From NCBI GenBank assembly GCA_049969855.1, contig JBMFOB010000004.1, positions 11,743 to 75,742 of the forward strand: a stretch of 64,000 nucleotides of DNA. The letters run 5' to 3'. A program made the position numbers and the translations under genes. The notes beneath the pieces were generated by a model that was not told the DNA's origin, did not search any database, and was given only the letters and a program-made list of their open reading frames with translations. Below are positions 50,576 to 59,888 of this stretch, piece by piece. The number at the start of each line of letters is the position of its first letter. The first letter of the stretch is position 1. Source of the DNA: Candidatus Bathyarchaeia archaeon. GTDB taxonomy: Archaea; Thermoproteota; Bathyarchaeia; Bathyarchaeales; Bathycorpusculaceae.

Positions 50576-51343
50576 ATGTCTTTCCGTGAAAGAATGGAGC
50601 AAACAGCCAAAAACAAAAAATCCAACATTGTTTTGAACTTAGATTTTCCCTTTGAGAAGCCCGAAAACCGTGAAAACCTCTTTAAGAGGGCGATTGGTGT
50701 TCTTGAGGCGGTTTCGCCTTACGTTTGCGCTGTAAAAATTAACCATCATTTGGTTCTTCCCCTCGGCACTTTTGACGGCGTTCAAAAACTTGTGGGGAAG
50801 GCGCATGATTTTGGGCTTATGGCAATAATGGATTGTAAGGCAAACGATATTGGCTCAACAAACCAGGTTATCGCCGAATATTATTATGCTGCTGGTTTCG
50901 ACGCTCTCATAGCCAACCCGTTTATTGGATGGGAAGAAGGTTTAAAGCCAATTTTCGACGTTGCCAAAAAGCAGCAGCGCGGCATAATTCTTCTCGTTTA
51001 TATGAGTCACAAGGGAGCAAGCGAAGGCTATGGGCAGACTGTTTATGACGTTAAAACTGGAGAGAAAACTCTGCAGTATATTGTTTTTGCGAAAAAAGCC
51101 TTAAAATGGGAAGCCGACGGCGTTGTTGTTGGAGCCACATATCCTGAAAAAATACGGGAAGTACACGAAATATTGGGCGAAAAAATACCCATATACTCTC
51201 CTGGAATTGGCGCTCAAGGCGGCGAAATAAAATCTGCTTTGAAGGCTGGAGCCCGTTATCTATTGGTGGGAAGGGCAATAACGCTTGCTGAAAATCCCGC
51301 TGCTTCTGCCAAGGAAATTAGGAATCTTGCCATGTCAAAATGA
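50576..51343 (+). CDS. pyrF: Orotidine 5'-phosphate decarboxylase
   Basis: DCKANDIGST, VVGAT.P, SPGIGAQGG, VGRAI. Confidence 0.92.
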   Translation: MSFRERMEQTAKNKKSNIVLNLDFPFEKPENRENLFKRAIGVLEAVSPYVCAVKINHHLVLPLGTFDGVQKLVGKAHDFGLMAIMDCKANDIGSTNQVIAEYYYAAGFDALIANPFIGWEEGLKPIFDVAKKQQRGIILLVYMSHKGASEGYGQTVYDVKTGEKTLQYIVFAKKALKWEADGVVVGATYPEKIREVHEILGEKIPIYSPGIGAQGGEIKSALKAGARYLLVGRAITLAENPAASAKEIRNLAMSK

Positions 51344-51352
51344 CGGCAGTTT

Positions 51353-51505
51353 TTATCTTTCACGTCTTTCCCAAAGCTCCTTTTTAAGCATGTCTCTAAC
51401 TGCTGAACGTATGGCTGCGCTTCTGCTTGGATACATATTCGCCCTAACAAGCTCGTCTAATCCTTCCAGATAAGCTTCTGGTAACAATACTGTTACAAGT
51501 TTCAC
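51353..51505 (-). CDS. Ribbon-helix-helix (CopG) DNA-binding protein
   Basis: LVTVLLPE..LEGLDELV....YPSRS.AIR.AVRD. Confidence 0.88.
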   Translation of the reverse strand: MKLVTVLLPEAYLEGLDELVRANMYPSRSAAIRSAVRDMLKKELWERRER

Positions 51506-51576
51506 TTTATTTCCCCCTAAACATATTATGCATATAACATGCTGCAAATATAAAATTTGACCACGAACTCGAATCT

Positions 51577-51909
51577 TTAAAGGCTTTCTCTGGTGTTCCA
51601 AACTTCTTTAAGTGTGTTTTGGAATGTTTTGTAGACGTCTTCAACGTAGATGGTGTGGTGGCGTATTCCTTCTTGAACCATTCCTGCAGCAACCAAGGCG
51701 GAGCCTACTATGTCGCTTATTGTTGGGTCTGGGAAGGCTATTAAGGCTAAACCAATTTTTATTAATTTTGAACTTTTTCCTTTGCGCCACAAATTTTTTG
51801 TTGCTTTGGCTTCTCTTGTTGTTTCTTTCATTGTTTGAAGTAGCTCTCCATAACTTTCGTTCAATTCCTTTAAGGCGTCAGCCAAAGCTTTTACATCTTC
51901 GGTTTTCAT
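51577..51909 (-). CDS. Hypothetical protein
   Basis: 110 aa, coiled N-terminus and a hydrophobic GLALIAFPDP..DIVG segment. Confidence 0.7.
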   Translation of the reverse strand: MKTEDVKALADALKELNESYGELLQTMKETTREAKATKNLWRKGKSSKLIKIGLALIAFPDPTISDIVGSALVAAGMVQEGIRHHTIYVEDVYKTFQNTLKEVWNTRESL

Positions 51910-52124
51910 TTGAACCCTGCCTAACTTTGTCTATTATAGATTATGAAGCACAAAAACTTTAAACTCAGTAATTACCTTACTTTGCGGCTTTTCCTTTCTA
52001 TAAAACTCTTCCATTTTTAAAAAATGGATTGGAAATTTACTTTTTCAGCCTACATTTTTTATTGTTTTGTGGTAAATCATAAATTTGGAAACAGCAAATC
52101 AATTACAGCTTGAAAAGGGGTGTC

Positions 52125-53330
52125 ATGGTGGAATCGTTTGAAGCGAAAAATTTTGTGGAATCCCAAATTGAAAAAATTAAGAAGAGTATAGGCAACGAAA
52201 AGGCTTTGGTTGCTGTTTCAGGCGGTGTTGACAGTTCAACATGCGCTGTGCTGACGCATAAAGCCATAGGTGAAAATCTTGTTTGCGTAATACTTGATGA
52301 CGCTTTTATGCGTGAGGATGAACCAGAACGAGTGGCGGAAATCTTGTCTAAGCCTCCTTTGAATGTTCCGACAAAAGTTGTTGACGTGCATGAACGTTTT
52401 CTGCAAAACATGAAGGGGTTGAGGGATGCTGAGGAAAAGCGTAAAGTTTTCCGTGAAACCTTCTATCAAGTTCTCGGCGAAACAGCGAAAAAAGAAGGCT
52501 GCAAAGTTCTCGTGCAAGGAACAATAAGAGCGGACATTGAAGAAACAGTTGGCGGCGTCAAAACCCAGCATAATGTTTTGGAACAGATGGGCATAAACCC
52601 CATGGAACGCTACGGCTTTAAAGTTGTCGAACCCCTTGTGGCATTGTATAAATCTCAAGTGAGAATGGTGGCAAGATATCTCGGGTTGCCAGCCGAAATT
52701 TCTGAGAGGCAACCTTTTCCAGGACCCGGCTTGTCTGTTCGTGTTGTTGGAGAAATTCGCCATGATAAGCTTGAAACTTTAAAGAAAGCCACGAAAATCG
52801 TTGAAGGGGAACTGGAACAGCATAAGCCAAGTCAATACTTCGCTGTGATTATCGACAATGAAGAGGAGCCGAGGCTTTCTGAAGTCAACCGTATAAAAGA
52901 AGCTGTGGCGAGGCTTCTTAATGTTCCTTCGAGGAATGTTGATGTGAAAATTTTCAGGGACAAAGCCACAGGGGTTGAGGGTGGAAAGAGGCGTTATGGC
53001 GAAATTGTTGGGATAAAGGTTCAAACAATGAATGGGAAGGTTCATCAAGCACCTATTCCGAAGATTATTTCTCTTCAGGCAAAAATCATCACCGAAAACC
53101 CCGCTGTTGCTCGGGTTTTCTATGCCGTTAAGGATTCTGCTGAGAAAAAACCGTATGTTGTTGGCATTCGGTCTGTTCAAACTCAAGATTTCCTAACTGC
53201 GAAGGTTTCAGAAATACCGTGGAATACGCTGAATAAAATTGCTGGAGCAGTCTTCAAAGAATGCCGTGACGTAGCAACGGTTTATTATGATGTCACTCCC
53301 AAACCGCCAGCCACGATTGAAATGGAATAG
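52125..53330 (+). CDS. guaAB: GMP synthase subunit B (ATP pyrophosphatase) with enlarged C-terminal region
   Basis: SGGVDS, EEKRK, QGTI, KTQHNV, RQPFPGPGL, DVTPKPPATIE; no GATase domain. Confidence 0.9.
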   Translation: MVESFEAKNFVESQIEKIKKSIGNEKALVAVSGGVDSSTCAVLTHKAIGENLVCVILDDAFMREDEPERVAEILSKPPLNVPTKVVDVHERFLQNMKGLRDAEEKRKVFRETFYQVLGETAKKEGCKVLVQGTIRADIEETVGGVKTQHNVLEQMGINPMERYGFKVVEPLVALYKSQVRMVARYLGLPAEISERQPFPGPGLSVRVVGEIRHDKLETLKKATKIVEGELEQHKPSQYFAVIIDNEEEPRLSEVNRIKEAVARLLNVPSRNVDVKIFRDKATGVEGGKRRYGEIVGIKVQTMNGKVHQAPIPKIISLQAKIITENPAVARVFYAVKDSAEKKPYVVGIRSVQTQDFLTAKVSEIPWNTLNKIAGAVFKECRDVATVYYDVTPKPPATIEME

Positions 53331-53407
53331 TCTCCCAAATGCGGCTTTGAGTATAAGCGCTATCCTAAAGCGTAAATAGCCAAACTACACTATTTCTTGC
53401 GATTAAC

Positions 53408-53734
53408 ATGTTCCGAGTTAGAGTGAATAAAATAGAATCCATTCGAGATTTGGATGGCAACCTTGGAAAAAGAATAGAACTGGTTGAAGAGCGGCAGATT
53501 CCACGCTTCGTTGTTAGACCGCAGACTGAAGAGGCTAAGATGGTGCAAGATGTCCTTCAAGCGGTGCAGCAGCAACTGCCCATTTTTCCAACAAGGACGG
53601 AATTTGCAGTTCCAAAAATAATATTGTTTTTGACAGAGCAAGAGTATGAGAGTTTAGGCATAGACTTTGACGTGAACCAAACTTATGAGATATGGCTTGA
53701 GAAGGAGAACATAAGATTTAGGAAAACAGCATAA
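53408..53734 (+). CDS. Arcadin-1-like protein
   Basis: RV..I....D..G..GKRIELVE and PKIILFLTE.EYE.LG pattern recalled from arcadin-1 family. Confidence 0.55.
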   Translation: MFRVRVNKIESIRDLDGNLGKRIELVEERQIPRFVVRPQTEEAKMVQDVLQAVQQQLPIFPTRTEFAVPKIILFLTEQEYESLGIDFDVNQTYEIWLEKENIRFRKTA

Positions 53735-54053
53735 CCTCTTTCCTTATCTGCCTCAAAGCTGAATATTTCGGGTGAAAGGATAAGACAAAAATCATGTTCC
53801 TTAAGGCTGTGTAAACTTCTTTTTCATCTGCTTTCCCATCCTTATTACAGTAAATTGGAACGGGCTCCTCATCGCCATTTTTGTAATAAACGTATATTGG
53901 CGTGAATTTCTCCCTTAGAGCTACAACTTCAAAATTCAGTTTCAACACTTTCGCCATCTTTTCAGCAGCAACCCTAATGAACCTCATCCGCTTTTCTCGG
54001 AATGCACAGTTTGAAGCGTAAACCATTAACTTTCCATTTGGACTTTCCAACAT
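53718..54053 (-). CDS. Hypothetical protein
   Basis: 111-aa ORF with GGTGA RBS. Confidence 0.7.
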   Translation of the reverse strand: MLESPNGKLMVYASNCAFREKRMRFIRVAAEKMAKVLKLNFEVVALREKFTPIYVYYKNGDEEPVPIYCNKDGKADEKEVYTALRNMIFVLSFHPKYSALRQIRKEVMLFS

Positions 54054-54206
54054 TTGAACTCACCAAAATTAGCACCGCTTAAACCTCTTTTAAAACAAGC
54101 GTTACAACGACATGCGCCTTAAGTGGAGAGAGATGGGTTAAAGTGAAAATTCATAAACTCCAAAACAATAAATTTTCAAATCTATAACGGCTGAGAGTGA
54201 CTTCTC

Positions 54207-54494
54207 ATGAAGGTTAGGGCACACGTGCTTGTAAGCGGCATGGTGCAAGGCGTCTTCTTCAGGTCAGAAACGCAATACGAAGCCAAAAAGCGCAGTGTAA
54301 CGGGATGGGTTCGCAACTTGCCAGACGGCAGGGTTGAAGCTGTTTTTGAAGGAGAAGAAGAAAAAGTTAAGGAACTCATAAACTTCTGCAGACATGGACC
54401 GCCAGGCGCAAGAGTTACAAGCGTAGATGTGCATTTGGAAAATTATACTGGCGAGTTTAAGGATTTTGAAATAAGATATGGATACCGATTCTAG
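54207..54494 (+). CDS. acyP: Acylphosphatase
   Basis: [30 protein letters not shown]. Confidence 0.95.
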   Translation: MKVRAHVLVSGMVQGVFFRSETQYEAKKRSVTGWVRNLPDGRVEAVFEGEEEKVKELINFCRHGPPGARVTSVDVHLENYTGEFKDFEIRYGYRF

Positions 54495-54541
54495 CAGCTT
54501 TCAAAGCATCTAAAAAGACAATGACACTCGTTCAGTTTTGG

Positions 54542-54958
54542 TTATGTTCTTTTTCTTGGAACTCTGAAATGCGATGCTTTTCCAGCGCTTATGTAGTCTC
54601 CGCCTATTCCCCGCACCACAGAGGCTATTTTGGCGAAATTTTCTGAACCTAAAAACTGTCGAGGCTTTATTATGATGTAGTCGTCTTTTTCTTCAAAGTT
54701 TAAGAGGTTTTCTAAATCTTCTGGAAACATCATTTTGATATCTTCTATTCCTTGTAATCTTTCTGGAGGTTTCGGCATCATAGGTGTTGGTGTGAGGGTT
54801 TGGGTGGGTGTGGTTGGTGATGGGGTGAGATGTGAAACGGCTATGGATTTTAGGGATATCGAAATTTCTTTTAAATCTTCTGTGACTCGATTTAAAACCA
54901 TGAGAAGCTCATCGATTCTTTCCACAAGCTTTTCAAGGGTTCTCCTTTCTTCGCTCAT
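54542..54958 (-). CDS. Hypothetical protein (coiled coil + Thr/Pro linker + globular C-terminal domain)
   Basis: Heptad N-terminus, TPSPTTPTQTLTPTP linker. Confidence 0.7.
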   Translation of the reverse strand: MSEERRTLEKLVERIDELLMVLNRVTEDLKEISISLKSIAVSHLTPSPTTPTQTLTPTPMMPKPPERLQGIEDIKMMFPEDLENLLNFEEKDDYIIIKPRQFLGSENFAKIASVVRGIGGDYISAGKASHFRVPRKRT

Positions 54959-55055
54959 GTTTTTTCCCTTTTCCAAATCTTAATACTATAAGCATTTATT
55001 AATTGTTTTTCATCCTTTAATAAGCTGACTGAATTGGAAAGGGGATTTCGCACGA

Positions 55056-56093
55056 GTGATTGAAATCGATGGAAGCCAGAAAAGTGGAAGCGGCACAATT
55101 CTTAGGCTATCTGTTGCCTTAGCCGCCATACTCGGCGAAACTCTTCACATCTACAATGTTAGACAGAAAAGACCCCAACCAGGCTTGCGACCCCAACATT
55201 TGGAGGCGGTTTTAACAGCCGCCAAACTCTGCGATGCCGAACTGGAAGGAGCAGAACTCAACTCTAGGGAGCTTTGGTTTAAACCAAAAAAAGTTAGAGG
55301 TGGAACTGTTGAAGCGGAAATTGGCACTGCTGGAAGCATTCCGATGCTTTTGATGACTGTTATGCCCATCTGCATTTTTGCGGAAAACACTGTGCATTTG
55401 CGTGTTTCAAAGGGTGGAACGGATGTTTCCAATTCGCCTACCATCAATTATATGCGATTTGTGCTTTTGCCAATGCTTAAGCGTATGGGAGTAAATACCA
55501 CTTTAACCGTTAATAGGTATGGTTATTATCCTAAAGGCATGGGTGAAGTAGCCATAACGGTTGAACCTTGTAAAAATCTGAAACCTTTGGTTTTGCAAGA
55601 TTTTGGCAAAATAAAAACAATAAAAGGCGTTTCGGTTTGCACTTTCTTGGTGGATAGAAAGGTTGCTGAGCGTCAAGCAAAGGCTTCAAACGACTATCTT
55701 AAAGAGAGAGGCTACTCAGCGGAAATCCAAATAATAAATGATGAGTCCAATCCTTTGCAGAAGGGAAGCTCCCTTGTCTTATGGGTTGAAACAGACACAA
55801 ACGCAATTTTGGGGGCTGACGCCATTGGCGAACTAAAGAAGCCAAGCGAAACTGTTGGAAGAGAAGCTGCCGAAAAGCTTTACATGGAGATTTCTGCTAA
55901 ACCAACCGTTGATGTGCATTTGGCTGACATGCTTATTCCATACATTGCCTTGGCTGAGGGGAATTCCGTATACTATACACGAACAATTTCAGACCATTTG
56001 GAAACAAACATTTGGCTTGCAGAAAAAATCTTGAACGCCAAATTTCATATTAACAGAGCTGGCAGACTTTACAAAATTGAGAAGGTTGGCTGA
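55056..56093 (+). CDS. rtcA: RNA 3'-terminal phosphate cyclase
   Basis: IDGS..SG.G.ILR, PGLRPQHL, TAGSI, GGTDV..SP, GYYPKG.G, VD.HLAD. Confidence 0.93.
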   Translation: MIEIDGSQKSGSGTILRLSVALAAILGETLHIYNVRQKRPQPGLRPQHLEAVLTAAKLCDAELEGAELNSRELWFKPKKVRGGTVEAEIGTAGSIPMLLMTVMPICIFAENTVHLRVSKGGTDVSNSPTINYMRFVLLPMLKRMGVNTTLTVNRYGYYPKGMGEVAITVEPCKNLKPLVLQDFGKIKTIKGVSVCTFLVDRKVAERQAKASNDYLKERGYSAEIQIINDESNPLQKGSSLVLWVETDTNAILGADAIGELKKPSETVGREAAEKLYMEISAKPTVDVHLADMLIPYIALAEGNSVYYTRTISDHLETNIWLAEKILNAKFHINRAGRLYKIEKVG

Positions 56094-56113
56094 AAAGTGA
56101 AGGAGATAAAACT

Positions 56114-57499
56114 TTGAAGGCAAATGTTAGGGGAATCTACACAACAGCTTTAACAAAACTCCTCTTGGACCATGGTTTCGAAATAGTTAATCCTTCTCTA
56201 ACCATAAGGAAGCGTTTTGGGCTTCATGATAATCCAGCTCCTCCAGACCTAAAAATAAAGGATAGGTATGATGTGCAAGGCGTAAGGGTTCTTGGAACAT
56301 CCGAAGCGGTAAGCAAATTTCATTCTGTTTTGCAATCCAGCTTTGAGGATGTTATAACTCGGAAATGGCTTGTTAGCGTTGACGGAATATACAAGGGAAA
56401 CGTTGTGGATATGGATGAGTTTGGCGTTTACGTTGACATTGGCGATGGCGTGGTTGGGCGGGTTCCAAAGTCTGAGGTTGCATATGCGAATGAAAAGCAA
56501 TTAACTGTTCAAGTTGAAAGGAAAAGAATCGGCGCAAAACATCCCCTTTTAACAACAAATTTGAAGATTGTTGGAAACTATGCCATCCTCGCACAAAACA
56601 GCAAGGTTGGCGTAAGCCTAAAAATTAGAGATTTGCAAAAGCGAGCAGAACTTTATGCTTTTGGGAAATCTCTTGCGCCTAATGGTTGGGGAATTATATG
56701 GCGTGAAACCTCAGCGAACCAACCGCAAGAAGCATTAGAAAATGAAATAAGAATGCTTGCCGAGAAGGTTGAGGCTTTGAAAGAAAAGATGGCTTCTGCA
56801 GAGGCTCCAGCACTTTTAGTTGACGGCTTATATTTTATGGATGTGGAATTTCCATACTTCTCCAAAAAAGCCATGGACAAGCTGAGGGCTTCTGTAGCTC
56901 CAACTTTGGATGGGCATCATTTCTTCAAGAGTTGCGGGGGCAAGGTTTCGTCTGCTTTGGAGATGGCTGAGAAACTTTTAGAAGAAGGCGAAGCACAAGA
57001 AAATATCAAGAATTCCTTTAGGGAACAAATTTTATACGAGTTTCCAGAAGAAAGCTCAGTGGTGGACATTGAACACGTCAAGCTCAGCGGAATCGTCTTC
57101 CATCTTGGGCAGGCAATTGTAGAAGCCGTTAACGATAAAGAGTTGAAGTATAAGCGGATAATGCGGAGCAATGGTTTCTATGATGGGTTGGGCGTTAAAA
57201 AGGAAGCTGGAGACGTAGCCTTAAGCGAAACAAGGCTTGGCGAATGGCACATCACAACAAAATATTTCTCATCAGATGGCGAGCTGAAAGGAACATACAT
57301 AAACTTGAACACACCTGTGGAAGTTTATCCTCACGCAATACGTTATGTGGATTTAGAGGTTGACGTTTGCATTCAGCCAAACGGCACAGTTCAAGTTTTA
57401 GACATGGAAAAACTTGAGAAAGCCTTGGAAAAAGGCTTCATAAGTAACCGTCTTTTTGAAGTTGTTAAAGAAAAGGCGAATGAACTTGCATCCCGATAG
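56114..57499 (+). CDS. fau-1: Ribonuclease FAU-1 (S1 + DUF402)
   Basis: VRGIYTTALT, PT..GHH, YDGLG, YINLNTPVE, YVDLEVDV. Confidence 0.85.
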   Translation: MKANVRGIYTTALTKLLLDHGFEIVNPSLTIRKRFGLHDNPAPPDLKIKDRYDVQGVRVLGTSEAVSKFHSVLQSSFEDVITRKWLVSVDGIYKGNVVDMDEFGVYVDIGDGVVGRVPKSEVAYANEKQLTVQVERKRIGAKHPLLTTNLKIVGNYAILAQNSKVGVSLKIRDLQKRAELYAFGKSLAPNGWGIIWRETSANQPQEALENEIRMLAEKVEALKEKMASAEAPALLVDGLYFMDVEFPYFSKKAMDKLRASVAPTLDGHHFFKSCGGKVSSALEMAEKLLEEGEAQENIKNSFREQILYEFPEESSVVDIEHVKLSGIVFHLGQAIVEAVNDKELKYKRIMRSNGFYDGLGVKKEAGDVALSETRLGEWHITTKYFSSDGELKGTYINLNTPVEVYPHAIRYVDLEVDVCIQPNGTVQVLDMEKLEKALEKGFISNRLFEVVKEKANELASR

Positions 57500-57609
57500 T
57501 TTTGAAAAGTAGAAATCTGAATCAGAAGCTGAAATTATTAAGCTACGTCATACATGCCAATTCATAACCTATAAGTTTATGCAGCAGTTTCTCGTATTCA
57601 CGATGTCTC

Positions 57610-57816
57610 ATGCAAACGGACGTGGAAATTTTAACAGAAATCCCATGCTTCAAATGTTTGTTTTGGGAACCAATAAAACAAAGTAGCCTACACTGCAATC
57701 CCAATGAATGTCAAAAGTTAACCGAATGGCTTCTTAAAGACATTGAAAATCCACGGCAAGCCGAAGCGAATCTAAAAGTGATAAGTAAGCCTTTAATTAG
57801 TGCAAAGGAAAGGTAA
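57610..57816 (+). CDS. Small 4-Cys protein, possible Fe-S/Zn binding
   Basis: PCFKC...CNPNECQKLTEWL. Confidence 0.55.
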   Translation: MQTDVEILTEIPCFKCLFWEPIKQSSLHCNPNECQKLTEWLLKDIENPRQAEANLKVISKPLISAKER

Positions 57817-57851
57817 GCTGATTTAGCGTTAAATAAGTTTATGTTGTTTCA

Positions 57852-58955
57852 ATGCAAAATTATAATGGAAACACTATGAATAATGCTATTGGCAAGAAAT
57901 CTGCATGCTTGAAAGTTGAGAAAAATCTTGGCGAAAAAGCCATAATCCTAGCCAACAAACTAAAAATCATTAACAGAGAACTGGAAATTAAGAGAAACGA
58001 AACTTTCATTTACATCCCGCTCGCTCATCAACCGTCAGAAAACGAATTAAAAACTTTTAGAGAACTGTTTCCAAACTGTGAGATTTCAATAGGGGTTTTT
58101 TCAGAGAGAAAAAGGCGAGTAGCCTTTACTGAGTTGTTGGAGAATAAGCTTCCTCCGCATTTGTTGGCTAGTTTGCCAAGGGCTATAGATTTTGTTGGCG
58201 ACATAGCCATAATTGAGATTCCTCCAGAGCTTGAAGCGTATAGGGCTTTGATTGGCGAAGCAATTCTTGAAGCGCATGAAAATGTGCAAACTGTTCTGGC
58301 TAAGGCTGGTGCAGTTTCTGGAACTTACCGTTTAAGAGAATTCAGTGTAATTGCTGGAAAGCCAAAAACAGAAACAATCCACAAGGAATATGGTTGCCAA
58401 TTTCATGTTGACCTTTCAAAAGCCTACTTTTCTCCACGCCTATCTTACGAGCACAATAGGGTTGCGTCCTTGGTTAAGGATGGCGAAACAGTCGTAGACA
58501 TGTTTTCTGGGGTTGGTCCATTTGCGATATTGATTGCCAAAACACATGGTAATGTGAAAGTTTACGCCATAGACGTAAACCCCCACGCCATCGAGTTTCT
58601 GCAAAAGAATATTAGATTCAACAGGGTTGAGGGCAAAGTCTATCCAATTTTGGGGGATGCGAAACAAGTTGTTGAAGAGAAACTTGTGGCTATGGCTGAC
58701 CGTGTGATTATGAATTTGCCTGAAAAAGCCATAGAGTTTGTGGATGTTGCGTGCAAGGCAATAAAGCCCTCAGGTGGCATAATACACTTTTACACTTTTA
58801 TCAGCGGTTCTGATTCTTTAGAAAATGTGAAACTTAAATTTGTGGAAAGGGTTGAAAATTGTGGAAGAGAAGTGGAGGCGATTTTGTTTTCAAGGCTTGT
58901 TCGGGCAACAGCCCCTTATGAATGGCAAGCTGTTTTAGACGCAAAAATCCTTTAA
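57852..58955 (+). CDS. trm5: tRNA (guanine-37-N1)-methyltransferase Trm5/Met-10 family
   Basis: VGDIAI, YFSPRL..E..R, DMFSGVGPF, IDVNP, DRVIMNLP. Confidence 0.88.
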   Translation: MQNYNGNTMNNAIGKKSACLKVEKNLGEKAIILANKLKIINRELEIKRNETFIYIPLAHQPSENELKTFRELFPNCEISIGVFSERKRRVAFTELLENKLPPHLLASLPRAIDFVGDIAIIEIPPELEAYRALIGEAILEAHENVQTVLAKAGAVSGTYRLREFSVIAGKPKTETIHKEYGCQFHVDLSKAYFSPRLSYEHNRVASLVKDGETVVDMFSGVGPFAILIAKTHGNVKVYAIDVNPHAIEFLQKNIRFNRVEGKVYPILGDAKQVVEEKLVAMADRVIMNLPEKAIEFVDVACKAIKPSGGIIHFYTFISGSDSLENVKLKFVERVENCGREVEAILFSRLVRATAPYEWQAVLDAKIL

Positions 58956-59377
58956 ACCTTCACTGTTAGCGTTATTTTCACTTTCTGTTCTGGATTTTTC
59001 AGTTTCTCCACAAGCTTTCTGGATAAATCAATCGCCGCCTTGTCCGCTTGAATTGCTAATGTTCGGCTACAAATGTAACTGCTTTTTCTTACAACGATGT
59101 CTGTGGGATGCGTTAAAATCAGCTTTGGGCTTCCAAAAGCATTCACTACTTCGACAATTTCTCCAGTTTCAATTAGTAAACTTATTCTGGCATTTTCTTT
59201 GCGTAGAGAATCCTTAAAATCAACATTTAAATCTGCCAAAGCCTTATCAGCCGAAACTGCAATAATGCAGTCACCCCTCCTTGTCAACGTGTCTTCTCTA
59301 GTAATTTCCAGTGTTGAAGGGTTAATGGCTTGGATGTTTTTGTGTCCATAGGCTAGAATAACCTCTTTTATTTCCAC
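58952..59377 (-). CDS. DUF371 family protein
   Basis: GH.NI.A...T.EIT....LT.RGDCII.V.ADK, V.RKS, ADKAA.DL. Confidence 0.88.
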   Translation of the reverse strand: MEIKEVILAYGHKNIQAINPSTLEITREDTLTRRGDCIIAVSADKALADLNVDFKDSLRKENARISLLIETGEIVEVVNAFGSPKLILTHPTDIVVRKSSYICSRTLAIQADKAAIDLSRKLVEKLKNPEQKVKITLTVKV

Positions 59378-59386
59378 GGAACCGCC

Positions 59387-59857
59387 TCAATGCTTGTTTA
59401 GAACAAGTTTTAGTATTATTGCGTCGTGTCCTTCTCCGAAGTAGTCCCGCCTAAATCCTGATATGCGAAAATTGTGTTTGTAATAGAAGGGAATAGCGGA
59501 AGCACATTTATAATGAACCTCAGCTAAAACAATTTTCACTTTCTTTTGTTTTAGGGCTTTCAACTCCTTATTTAACAGCATTTTTCCAATGCCCTTTCCT
59601 TGATGTTCCTTATCAACCACTATGTCCTCAAGAACGGCCTCATCATTGCATAAGTCAGCTTGCACGTATCCGATAATTTTTCCGTTGCAAACTGCTACAA
59701 AAGACAAATCTGGATTTTCCCTTAACTCTTCCATGATATGCTTGCTGTATCTTTTCTTTGTTGCATGGGGATTTGCGAGCATGGCAAGTTCTGAAACAAC
59801 AGCCAAGTCTTCCTTGCGCATTTTCCTAATAATGGCTTCGGACATTAGGGTTTCCAT
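59387..59857 (-). CDS. GNAT family N-acetyltransferase
   Basis: V...HQGKGIGK.L, AI.FY.K..F. Confidence 0.88.
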   Translation of the reverse strand: METLMSEAIIRKMRKEDLAVVSELAMLANPHATKKRYSKHIMEELRENPDLSFVAVCNGKIIGYVQADLCNDEAVLEDIVVDKEHQGKGIGKMLLNKELKALKQKKVKIVLAEVHYKCASAIPFYYKHNFRISGFRRDYFGEGHDAIILKLVLNKH

Positions 59858-59888
59858 CTTTATGGTTATTATTTATCCTTTTGCAAAG

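Noticed and set aside
55056-58955. rtcA/fau-1/trm5 as dedicated partners of the pcm intron
   Set aside because: These are common archaeal RNA-processing genes several kb away; BHB splicing needs EndA and RtcB, which are not in this window.
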